From UHGV virus genome UHGV-1367297: a stretch of 41,127 nt of DNA; one strand, 5' to 3'. The position numbers and the translations under genes were made by a program. The stretch is from a virus. The notes below the pieces were generated by a model that saw only the letters and a program-made list of their open reading frames with translations, was not told the DNA's origin and did no database searches. Below, piece after piece: positions 1-7,090 of the stretch. The stretch's first letter is position 1, and every line of letters begins with the position of its first letter.

Positions 1-98
1 GTGACATAATAATAATCCTTCTTTCTGTATTGGTTACAGTATATCAGATTCATTATAAAATGTCTCGGAAAGTGTCTTAAATTACGATACCATTATAT

Positions 99-551
99 AT
101 GACTAGAAAAGAGGTTGCTGATAGACTGAAGAATTTTAATATTGATATTTCTGATAAAACACTCTATGGCTACGAAAGTGGACGTAACGCTGCAAATGCA
201 GACATGTTCTTAGCGCTTTGCCAAATTTACAAATGTAATAATATAATGGAAACTTTTTCAAATACTGTTGAAGATGTATTATTCACAAATAAGGAATGGA
301 CCATCATAGAACGCTACCGCAAATTAAACCCACACGGAAAAGAAGTTGTTGATTTTGTTTTAGATAAGGAATATGAAAACTCAATAACTGCTACTGAATT
401 AAAGGAAGCAAAAATATATAGCTTACCTTCTCAACAATCCAACGATCATTCAGAAGTATTAGCAGCTCATGAGCGCACCGATATTAAAGTAACAGATGAA
501 ATGAGAAAACACGATAAAGACATCATGATGGATGACTCTGAATGGGAGTGA
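99..551 (+). CDS. XRE-family helix-turn-helix transcriptional regulator (ImmR/CI-like repressor), 150 aa
   Basis: The N-terminal ~60 aa have an XRE-type HTH pattern (…LKNFNIDISDKTLYGYESGRN…). The gene sits immediately upstream of, and overlaps, an ImmA-type peptidase gene, which is the classic ImmR/ImmA arrangement. Confidence 0.6.
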   Translation: MTRKEVADRLKNFNIDISDKTLYGYESGRNAANADMFLALCQIYKCNNIMETFSNTVEDVLFTNKEWTIIERYRKLNPHGKEVVDFVLDKEYENSITATELKEAKIYSLPSQQSNDHSEVLAAHERTDIKVTDEMRKHDKDIMMDDSEWE

Positions 552-555
552 TACA

Positions 556-1017
556 ATGACAATTTATGAAGAACTATTGGAAGAGGCAAATAGTAGCGGA
601 CTGATTGTCCGCGAAAAAACTCTTTCCGGCAGTGATGGATTGATATACAGAAATAGAATTGCGATATCCAACAGGTTGAAAACATCCGCAGAAAAGGCTT
701 GCGTCTTAGCTGAAGAAATCGGACATCATCACACTGCCGTTGGTGATATCTTTGACCTACAAGATATTGAGAACATGAAGCAAGAACAAAAAGGAAGATT
801 GCACGGATATAACCGTATGATCGGATTGTGTGGCATCATATCAGCTTTTAATGCTGGATGCCAGAACAGATACGAGATTGCAGAACATCTGCATGTCACA
901 GAAGAATATCTGCAAGAAGCTATTGACTGTTATACTGGAAAATATGGTGTTTGTACTACTGTAGATAATTATGTTATTTATTTCATTCCTAATTTAGCAG
1001 TTATGGAAATGATATGA
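556..1017 (+). CDS. ImmA/IrrE-family zinc metallopeptidase (anti-repressor protease)
   Basis: A HEXXH motif lies inside AEEIGHHHTAVGD, and the product is about 150 aa. It sits directly downstream of the HTH regulator. I prefer the start at 556 (ATG 7 nt after GGGAG) over the track start at 532. Confidence 0.6.
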   Translation: MTIYEELLEEANSSGLIVREKTLSGSDGLIYRNRIAISNRLKTSAEKACVLAEEIGHHHTAVGDIFDLQDIENMKQEQKGRLHGYNRMIGLCGIISAFNAGCQNRYEIAEHLHVTEEYLQEAIDCYTGKYGVCTTVDNYVIYFIPNLAVMEMI

Positions 1018-1148
1018 ACGCAGATGCGTTTATATAGAGTAAAGTGGTGCAAAAAGATACGGAAAACGATGAAAGACTGTCAGGAACAAAAATATAAATG
1101 TGTATGTATTTAATTAATAAAAATACAATTTTAGATAAAGGAGACATT

Positions 1149-2297
1149 ATGAGTAGCAATATTTTAGAACTTTTCAAAGTGCCCAACATTTCTACTACCC
1201 GACATTACTGGATTATCAGAACCAATGGTGGTAAATATTATCAAGACTTTGTTATGCATGAATATATTTCTATTGCGTGGGACTTTATCACTCTTAATAT
1301 TCTAAATAACGAAAACGAAGATTCTATCAAACGGTTAATCGGAATGTATGATGGAGATCATGATGAATCTATCGATATAGATGATGAAGAAACTGATGGA
1401 TCCTCGAAAGCCAAAATCACCTCAATTTATAATAAGATTAAACGCTTTGTATTCGAAATCAGCCGAGGAGACATTGTGTTGATTCCAAGCGTTAATTCTG
1501 ATCAAATTACAATAGCTGAGGTATTAGGTGACACTTATGAAAATACTAATTATGTTGAAACCTGCTTACAAAAAGACCCTGACTCAATGACGATTCATTG
1601 TCCGTATTATAAAAGGCGAAGAATAAAGGTATTGAAAACTATAGAAAAAGGGACAATGGACATATATCTATCAAAAGGTTTTAATTCGCAGCATGCTTTA
1701 TCTAATATGGATGACTATGCACCTTATATTGACCGTACTATATATGGAATTTATTCCAAAGGTGAAGAAGTTCATACAACTATTCATGCTGGACATCCAA
1801 ATGGATTGACACTCAAAGAGCTTGTTATTTTATCTAAAGCCATAGAGGATACTGCTTCTTCACTTGCCGTGCAGTGCGATATTCCGTTTGATTCATCAGA
1901 AATCGAAGTGAAATTGAATATCCATTCTCCTGGAATCATAGAACTAATAAGCTATGCTTCAGCAGGTGGTATTGTCCTATCTCTGCTAATATTTTCTATA
2001 AGCAATATTATAAATGGTGGGAAATTCAACTTATCATTTAAAAGAGATGCTGAAACTAAAGATATCGATTTTTCCATTTCCTCTGAAACTTCCGGTCTCA
2101 GAGGAAACACACAAGAAGACAACCGCATCGAACTTCAAAAACAAGTAGAACTCCTTCAATTAGTAAATGATTTAGATATAAAAAGTCCGGATATTATTAG
2201 CTCAATATTAAATGGCGAAAAAATAACCCCAGAAATGATTTCCGAGGCTCAATCCAATAACTTATTATCTTCGAAAGCCGAAGATAATATGCAATAA
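1149..2297 (+). CDS. Hypothetical protein (383 aa) with one predicted C-terminal transmembrane helix; candidate lysogeny-module cargo (abortive-infection or exclusion candidate)
   Basis: The ORF is long and uninterrupted, with an AAAGGAGA RBS 5 nt upstream of the ATG at 1149. It is far more AT-rich (about 30% GC) than the phage body. A hydrophobic segment IIELISYASAGGIVLSLLIFSISNIING lies near residue 290. I recognise no motif, and there is no Walker A. Confidence 0.5.
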   Translation: MSSNILELFKVPNISTTRHYWIIRTNGGKYYQDFVMHEYISIAWDFITLNILNNENEDSIKRLIGMYDGDHDESIDIDDEETDGSSKAKITSIYNKIKRFVFEISRGDIVLIPSVNSDQITIAEVLGDTYENTNYVETCLQKDPDSMTIHCPYYKRRRIKVLKTIEKGTMDIYLSKGFNSQHALSNMDDYAPYIDRTIYGIYSKGEEVHTTIHAGHPNGLTLKELVILSKAIEDTASSLAVQCDIPFDSSEIEVKLNIHSPGIIELISYASAGGIVLSLLIFSISNIINGGKFNLSFKRDAETKDIDFSISSETSGLRGNTQEDNRIELQKQVELLQLVNDLDIKSPDIISSILNGEKITPEMISEAQSNNLLSSKAEDNMQ

Positions 2298-2489
2298 TTT
2301 ATTAATATAATTTACCATTTGCTTATTAATTATAAAACATGGTAATATCAATGCTAAAATAGCGCATAATAATTCGTTGTTTAGCCAGTTTAATATCAGC
2401 AAAAAAATACACACAAAAAGGAAGTATAAAAACATTTTGACTGACCAAACATCTATTTCTGAATGATGGTTGATAAAAAAATTTTTCAT
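2265..2489 (-). CDS. Small hydrophobic membrane protein (about 74 aa, two predicted TM helices)
   Basis: A strong RBS (AAGGAGG) lies 7 nt upstream of the ATG at 2489. A near-consensus sigma70 promoter (TTGATT, 17 nt, TATAAT) sits immediately upstream on the - strand. The sequence is almost entirely hydrophobic (FLYFLFVCIFLLILNWL…ILALILPCFII). Its 3' end overlaps the 3' end of the convergent 383-aa gene. Confidence 0.45.
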   Translation of the reverse strand: MKNFFINHHSEIDVWSVKMFLYFLFVCIFLLILNWLNNELLCAILALILPCFIINKQMVNYINKLLHIIFGFRR

Positions 2490-2502
2490 ATACATTCCTC
2501 CT

Positions 2503-2538
2503 TGTGTTCATTATATGCAAGTAGCATTTATAAATCAA
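2503..2538 (-). promoter_or_regulatory. Near-consensus sigma70 promoter driving the small membrane protein gene
   Basis: On the - strand the -35 element TTGATT is the reverse complement of 2533-2538. A 17-nt spacer follows. The -10 element TATAAT is the reverse complement of 2510-2515. The leader then reads GAACACAAGGAGG before the ATG. Confidence 0.5.
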
Positions 2539-2590
2539 CCAAAATCTGAAATATTAATTAGAAATGTACATTTTCCTCTATAATGGAAAT

Positions 2591-2729
2591 ACAATAAATT
2601 GAATTGCAAAGGTCTGAAAGGCTCCCTATGCACTCGCAAGAGTACCTGAGATGCTGGATACGCCGCCCAGCTTGTGATTCAATTTAAGATCGAAGGTGTT
2701 TCCCATCATGGAATCACCTTTTCCTTTTA
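2591..2729 (+). ncRNA. GC-rich structured leader or small RNA ending in an intrinsic terminator, upstream of the Uma2 gene; function unknown
   Basis: A TATAAT at 2579-2584 precedes a GC-rich (about 50%) non-coding stretch. This stretch contains a GNRA hairpin (ACUC-GCAA-GAGU). It ends in a 10/11-bp stem (2693-2703 pairing with 2710-2720) followed by UUCCUUUU, which is terminator-like. It lies in the 5' region of the Uma2 gene, whose RBS/ATG is at 2835-2849. Confidence 0.3.
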
Positions 2730-2846
2730 TCAAAGGATAGAACAGGCAGCTATCACGCCCTAGTGGTCTTAAAGAGATACCGGAGTGCCACCCGGTTGGA
2801 TAATTTATAAAATGAAACTATGCTTTAGTAGATTGGAGGTTTTCCT

Positions 2847-3392
2847 ATGCCATTATTAAAAACAACTACGCACACAATTGATGATATCTATGCTCTTCCA
2901 GATGGACAGAGGGCGGAACTGATCAACGGACAAATTTATAACATGGCACCACCGTCTCCATTACATCAGGAATTAGTAATGGAACTCTCCGCCTCTCTGA
3001 GGAATTATATCAAAGAAAAAGGTGGTAACTGCAAAGTTTATCCTGCTCCATTTGCTGTTTTTATTAAGGATGATGATTCCAATTATGTGGAGCCTGATAT
3101 CAGCATTGTCTGTGATTCTAACAAAATTTCACACCGTGGCTGTGAAGGAGCACCAGACTTTATCATCGAAATCGTTTCACCGAGCAGCCGTAAAATGGAT
3201 TATTCTGCAAAAAATGCACTTTATGCCGATGCCGGTGTTCGCGAGTATTGGATTGTAGATCCTGCCAGAGAACGCACAACGGTATACCGATATGAGGAAG
3301 ATGTCGCGCCGGTGATCATTTCTTTTCATGATACACTCAAATTGAAAATATATGAAGATTTTGAAATTTGTATTGATGATTTATTAAAATAA
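2847..3392 (+). CDS. Uma2-family (DUF820) putative PD-(D/E)XK endonuclease
   Basis: Family-typical motifs are present: YALPDGQRAELINGQI, EPDISIV, PDFIIEIVSPSS and YADAGVREYWIVDP. An RBS (GGAGG) lies 7 nt upstream. Confidence 0.75.
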   Translation: MPLLKTTTHTIDDIYALPDGQRAELINGQIYNMAPPSPLHQELVMELSASLRNYIKEKGGNCKVYPAPFAVFIKDDDSNYVEPDISIVCDSNKISHRGCEGAPDFIIEIVSPSSRKMDYSAKNALYADAGVREYWIVDPARERTTVYRYEEDVAPVIISFHDTLKLKIYEDFEICIDDLLK

Positions 3393-3567
3393 AAACTGCA
3401 ATAAAATACCGCCCCAGTGCTACCAACACTGAGACGGTCTACATATCTGAAGATATGCAATCTGAAGCCAAGAATATTGTATCATCTTCGGAGCAGCTAC
3501 ATAATCCAGAACATTTGTTCATGTGCTGGCTGCTATTTTTATACCTAAATTTAAAGGAGATGATGAT

Positions 3568-4722
3568 ATGGCCAAAAGAAAAAAGCATCCTCGTTTGCCC
3601 AATGGTTACGGCCAGATACGCTTCCTTGGTAAGAATCGCCGCAATCCTTACGGCGTTTACCCGCCAGCTAAAGAAGAATACGAAAACGGGCAAATGAAGC
3701 CACAGAAAGCAATATGCTATGTTTCTGACTGGATGATCGGCTTTGCAGTTCTTACAGCATACAAAGCCGGCACCTATACTCCCGGCATGGAAAATGATAT
3801 CCAGGTGGATGACAAAAAGAATGCGGAGGATTTTATCCAGTCTCTGCTTGCAAATTATAATCAGGTACAAGGAATTAAAGCAAAGGAAGAGCCGCAATTA
3901 ACATTTGCGGAAGTATTTCGTAAATTCAATGTTAAGAAATTCGGGCATGAATACGATGCAAAAAAAGTAAAACGTACCAGCTTGGAATATACGCTACGCG
4001 CAGGATTCAAGAACTCTGCTGCCCTACACAACAGAATTTTCGCAGAGCTTGTTACAGACGATCTGCAGGAAGTAATGGACGCTTGTCCACTCAGACACGC
4101 CAGTATAGAACACATCCAAAATCTATACTGCCACATGTACAAATATGCTATGTCAAATAATTTGTGTACAAAAGATTATTCATCTTATGTCGAAATTACA
4201 CAGGATGACGATGATGAACATGGAATTCCATTTACTGATGAAGATTTGAAGAAATTGTGGGAAACAAAAGAAAATGAAGTGTCTGAGATGATCTTGATCA
4301 TGTGCTACTCCGGCTTTCGGATATCGGAATATAAGACTTTAGATGTAAATTTGAAAGAACGTTATTTTTTCGGCGGTATCAAAACGGATGCTGGGAAAAA
4401 CAGAATCGTTCCTATTTATTCCGGTATTTTAGATCTCGTAAAACGCCGGATGAAAACACATGGAGCGCTCCTGCCTGATAGAATCGATATATTCCGGGAT
4501 AAGATGTATACTCAACTGGCCACACTTGGAATTGAAAAGCATACTCCGCATGATTGCCGGCACACATTTTCAAAATTGTGCGAAAAATATAAAGTCGCGG
4601 AGAATGATCGAAAAAGAATGCTTGGACATAAGATAGGTGATATTACAAATGACACATATGGTCACCGGACATTGGAAGACTTAAGAAATGAGATTGAAAA
4701 AATAGAAATCAATTTGTTGTAA
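3568..4722 (+). CDS. int: Tyrosine site-specific recombinase (phage integrase)
   Basis: The C-terminal catalytic region is present: …MCYSGFRISE…HDCRHTFSKL…DTYGHRT, giving the R…HxxR…Y signature. AAAGGAGA lies 8 nt upstream of the ATG at 3568. The track's start at 3523 is a GTG with no RBS. Confidence 0.85.
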   Translation: MAKRKKHPRLPNGYGQIRFLGKNRRNPYGVYPPAKEEYENGQMKPQKAICYVSDWMIGFAVLTAYKAGTYTPGMENDIQVDDKKNAEDFIQSLLANYNQVQGIKAKEEPQLTFAEVFRKFNVKKFGHEYDAKKVKRTSLEYTLRAGFKNSAALHNRIFAELVTDDLQEVMDACPLRHASIEHIQNLYCHMYKYAMSNNLCTKDYSSYVEITQDDDDEHGIPFTDEDLKKLWETKENEVSEMILIMCYSGFRISEYKTLDVNLKERYFFGGIKTDAGKNRIVPIYSGILDLVKRRMKTHGALLPDRIDIFRDKMYTQLATLGIEKHTPHDCRHTFSKLCEKYKVAENDRKRMLGHKIGDITNDTYGHRTLEDLRNEIEKIEINLL

Positions 4723-4931
4723 GTGTGTTGTAAACGGTTCGATTATTCTACCTGAAATCAATTCTTTTTTGATTGCATTTTATTCGACAAAAAGCCCGTG
4801 GTTGACACGTTTTTTGAAGTTTTTGCGTCAACCACGGGAATCTTTGAAAATCAATAAATCTTAAGATTGCTTAAATATTATTGACGGTTTTACGGGCTTT
4901 GTTGGCATTTTTGTTGTAAGTGTGTTGTAAA
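4713..4931. repeat. Two identical 22-bp direct repeats (TTTGTTGTAAGTGTGTTGTAAA) at 4713-4734 and 4910-4931, bracketing a 12-bp perfect hairpin; candidate integrase arm or att region
   Basis: Both 22-mers are read directly from the sequence. The first overlaps the int stop codon. The hairpin CCCGTGGTTGAC…GTCAACCACGGG lies at 4795-4838. Confidence 0.55.
4786..4838 (-). terminator. Intrinsic terminator for the leftward late (lysis) transcript
   Basis: A 12-bp perfect stem (4795-4806 pairing with 4827-4838) is followed, on the - strand, by a U-tract. The U-tract is the reverse complement of GACAAAAAG at 4786-4794. Confidence 0.5.
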
Positions 4932-4969
4932 TAGAATGTTTTTATTCAATAAGATTGATACAATATTCA

Positions 4970-5004
4970 CCCCTCAGAGAGCTGATCTCCGAGGGGATTT
5001 TTAT
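4970..5004 (+). terminator. Intrinsic terminator for rightward (int-side) transcription
   Basis: The stem CCCCTC…GAGGGG (4970-4975 and 4991-4996) is followed by AUUUUUAU. It lies just before the end of the convergent amidase gene. Confidence 0.5.
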
Positions 5005-5810
5005 TAAATAGATGTGGTCTCTTTACTGTAAATTACCGACATGAGCCTTGCATACCATGGCGCTTTAGGACTCCACTTGTAACACGGAATGTCCTTACCA
5101 TTGTTGTCCTTGTAAATCTTCTGGATGATTTTTAATTCGTCTGGATGACCCAATGTTATTACTTTTTGACCGTCAAAATAATACACTGCACCTTTTCCCT
5201 CTACTGTAAATAAACATTTCATCTCTTCTTCTCCTTCCTGTTCGATTCCTGTATTCTGGTTATTTTTTTGTTCGCTGCATGCAGACGCTCTACTGTCAAT
5301 CGCCTTTGCAATCAGCTCCGCAATTCCTTTTGTACCTAAATTTCGATATCTGGCCACATCACCTGTGCCAGTGCAGAATAATGTCTCCACGATCATGCCA
5401 GGCATATTAGATGCATTCAGATCATGGTATCCCGAACTGTACTTTACACCACGGTTAGCAAATCCTTTATTTGCGAAATTCTGGCAGATATTGCTTGCGA
5501 TCGTGTTCATTGTCTGGTTAGATGCATCGTATAACCACACCTCTGTGCCGCCCGCTGACGCCGCTCCTGTCGCATTCATGTGCAAGGTGACATAGATATC
5601 GCACCCCGCACTATTCGCCTTATTTGTTCCGTTAGATAACTCGCTGGACACATTGGATGCATTGGAATTACAATCAACCACAGTATGACCGACAGCCTGC
5701 AACATTGGTGCAAGCTCATTGTAGATCTTCCGCACTTCTGCCTGCTCATCGATCAGACCTATTGCACCTTTACAATTTGGGGAATGCCCTCCCCTTAAGC
5801 CAATTTTCAT
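5004..5810 (-). CDS. N-acetylmuramoyl-L-alanine amidase (Amidase_3-type endolysin) with a C-terminal domain
   Basis: The N-terminal region reads MKIGLRGGHSPNCKGA…DIYVTLHMNA…GTEVW, typical of a MurNAc-LAA amidase. It is the last gene of the late operon, next to the holin. Confidence 0.8.
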   Translation of the reverse strand: MKIGLRGGHSPNCKGAIGLIDEQAEVRKIYNELAPMLQAVGHTVVDCNSNASNVSSELSNGTNKANSAGCDIYVTLHMNATGAASAGGTEVWLYDASNQTMNTIASNICQNFANKGFANRGVKYSSGYHDLNASNMPGMIVETLFCTGTGDVARYRNLGTKGIAELIAKAIDSRASACSEQKNNQNTGIEQEGEEEMKCLFTVEGKGAVYYFDGQKVITLGHPDELKIIQKIYKDNNGKDIPCYKWSPKAPWYARLMSVIYSKETTSI

Positions 5811-5896
5811 TCTTTCTCTTCCTCCTGCTCTTCTGTTTCAAATGCTTTTTCCAGCTCCTCTACGGATACTCTGCCAAATTCGTTCTGTTCGCTCAT
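5807..5896 (-). CDS. Small acidic peptide (29 aa) immediately upstream of, and overlapping, the amidase start
   Basis: A strong RBS (GGAGGTGAGAAC) precedes the ATG at 5896. The product reads MSEQNEFGRVSVEELEKAFETEEQEEEKE. Its stop overlaps the amidase ATG. It is short, so the call is tentative. Confidence 0.35.
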   Translation of the reverse strand: MSEQNEFGRVSVEELEKAFETEEQEEEKE

Positions 5897-5908
5897 GTTC
5901 TCACCTCC

Positions 5909-5925
5909 TTGTGCGATGTCGCACA
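5909..5925. promoter_or_regulatory. Copy A of a 17-bp palindrome-containing motif (TTGTGCGATGTCGCACA), directly 5' of the lysis-gene RBS
   Basis: It is a perfect match to the copies at 25727-25743 and 31611-31625. It contains the palindrome TGTGCGA-TG-TCGCACA. Confidence 0.5.
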
Positions 5926-5968
5926 ATAAAAGAGAGCCTGTTTCCAAGCTCTCCCACTATTCTAAATC

Positions 5969-6265
5969 CTATTCATTTTTCCCAATCTGTTTAATTGTCT
6001 GATTCACATATGTACTCAGACCAGCCACTAAAATCCCCTGTACGATTGCTGTAAATACCGCCATCGCAATCTCCTGTCCTGTACTGATTGGACAAGATGC
6101 GAATACCCACACTGCACATAATGCAATGCCAATGCCACCCAGAATGAGCGGGATATACTTATCCTTTACCATCTGAGATTGTTTTAAGCCCATTCCGATA
6201 AAATACAATACAACTGCCACTACGATCAACTCTGGCTTTACATAATTCATGATCTGTTCCATCAT
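5969..6265 (-). CDS. Phage holin (98 aa, multiple predicted TM helices)
   Basis: The product is small and has hydrophobic helices (LIVVAVVLYFIGMGL, LILGGIGIALCAVWVFA and AMAVFTAIVQGILVAGL). It sits directly upstream of the endolysin. Confidence 0.65.
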   Translation of the reverse strand: MMEQIMNYVKPELIVVAVVLYFIGMGLKQSQMVKDKYIPLILGGIGIALCAVWVFASCPISTGQEIAMAVFTAIVQGILVAGLSTYVNQTIKQIGKNE

Positions 6266-6474
6266 TCCTCACTTTTCCTTTCCAAATCCTCAATTCTATG
6301 ATTTGCTACTTTCACTTTTTCCTCTAAAATATATGTTCTTTCTACAATAGAGTTGTGCTTCTCTACCTTCTTTTCTAACTGCTCTATCCGGTACTTTACA
6401 AGCTGCGTTCCCCCGAAACTTCCAAGCAAAGTGCCAAGCAGAGATATAATTGCTACTATAACTGTATCTGTCAT
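6262..6474 (-). CDS. Small membrane-anchored coiled-coil protein (XhlA/haemolysin-like lysis accessory), 70 aa
   Basis: An N-terminal TM helix (IVAIISLLGTLLGSFGG) is followed by a charged coiled coil. It lies within the lysis cassette. Confidence 0.4.
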   Translation of the reverse strand: MTDTVIVAIISLLGTLLGSFGGTQLVKYRIEQLEKKVEKHNSIVERTYILEEKVKVANHRIEDLERKSEE

Positions 6475-6484
6475 TTCTGTCTCC

Positions 6485-7075
6485 TTATTTCACGATTACC
6501 TCTCCATAACACTCATACGTAACAGGACTTTTATATTCTTCTGCAGACAATGTAACGTTTCTGTTTGTTCTGAATTGTATATTTCCCGTTCCTACAATTT
6601 GCTGTGCAACATTCATTAACATCACTAACCTTTGGTCTCCATCTGGAGTAAATGGGCATCCACGCATAATTAGTCTGTCTTTGTTATCGTGCGATCCATT
6701 TTTGTCTGTATAAATCATTCTTACCTGATACCGTTTGTATCCGCTTTTCCGATATTTTAGTTCCCAGTTATTTTCGTTATAAATCTTCCATTCCGTCTCT
6801 ACACTCATGTCTTCGCTTAACTCTCGGCCCATATTTGCACTCAGTGGTGCATCACCTGCCTGTGACGTCAAATTATCCACAATATCTTTTTTCTCTACAA
6901 AGGATGATAGTGCACTCTTTATTTCATTTATTGCATACACTAAATTCTCTTTCGATGCTGTCGCAAGGTTTCCTAAGTTTCCAATGCTTTTCTTAACATT
7001 CTTTAACTGTTCATTCAGATTTCCAATGTATTTGCTGTAAAAATACTGCAGACCTGTCCAGCTTAAAAATTTCAT
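6485..7075 (-). CDS. Hypothetical tail-fibre-associated protein (196 aa)
   Basis: It shares the N-terminal motif KFL.(W/L)TGL..F with the collagen-like fibre gene at 7091-7822. It lies in the distal tail-fibre region. Confidence 0.45.
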   Translation of the reverse strand: MKFLSWTGLQYFYSKYIGNLNEQLKNVKKSIGNLGNLATASKENLVYAINEIKSALSSFVEKKDIVDNLTSQAGDAPLSANMGRELSEDMSVETEWKIYNENNWELKYRKSGYKRYQVRMIYTDKNGSHDNKDRLIMRGCPFTPDGDQRLVMLMNVAQQIVGTGNIQFRTNRNVTLSAEEYKSPVTYECYGEVIVK

Positions 7076-7090
7076 TTAACCACCCCCACT

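Noticed and set aside
2326-2538. 70-aa - strand ORF overlapping the small membrane protein gene in another frame
   Set aside because: The alternative frame at 2265-2489 has the RBS and promoter. This frame is an AT-rich artefact.
3523-3567. Upstream GTG start for the integrase in the ORF track
   Set aside because: It has no RBS. The ATG at 3568 has AAAGGAGA at ideal spacing and begins the conserved MAKRKKHPRLP N-terminus.
5365-5929. + strand ORFs (76-90 aa) antisense to the amidase and lysis genes
   Set aside because: They lie entirely inside well-supported - strand genes. They have no RBS, a low-complexity composition and are typical antisense noise.
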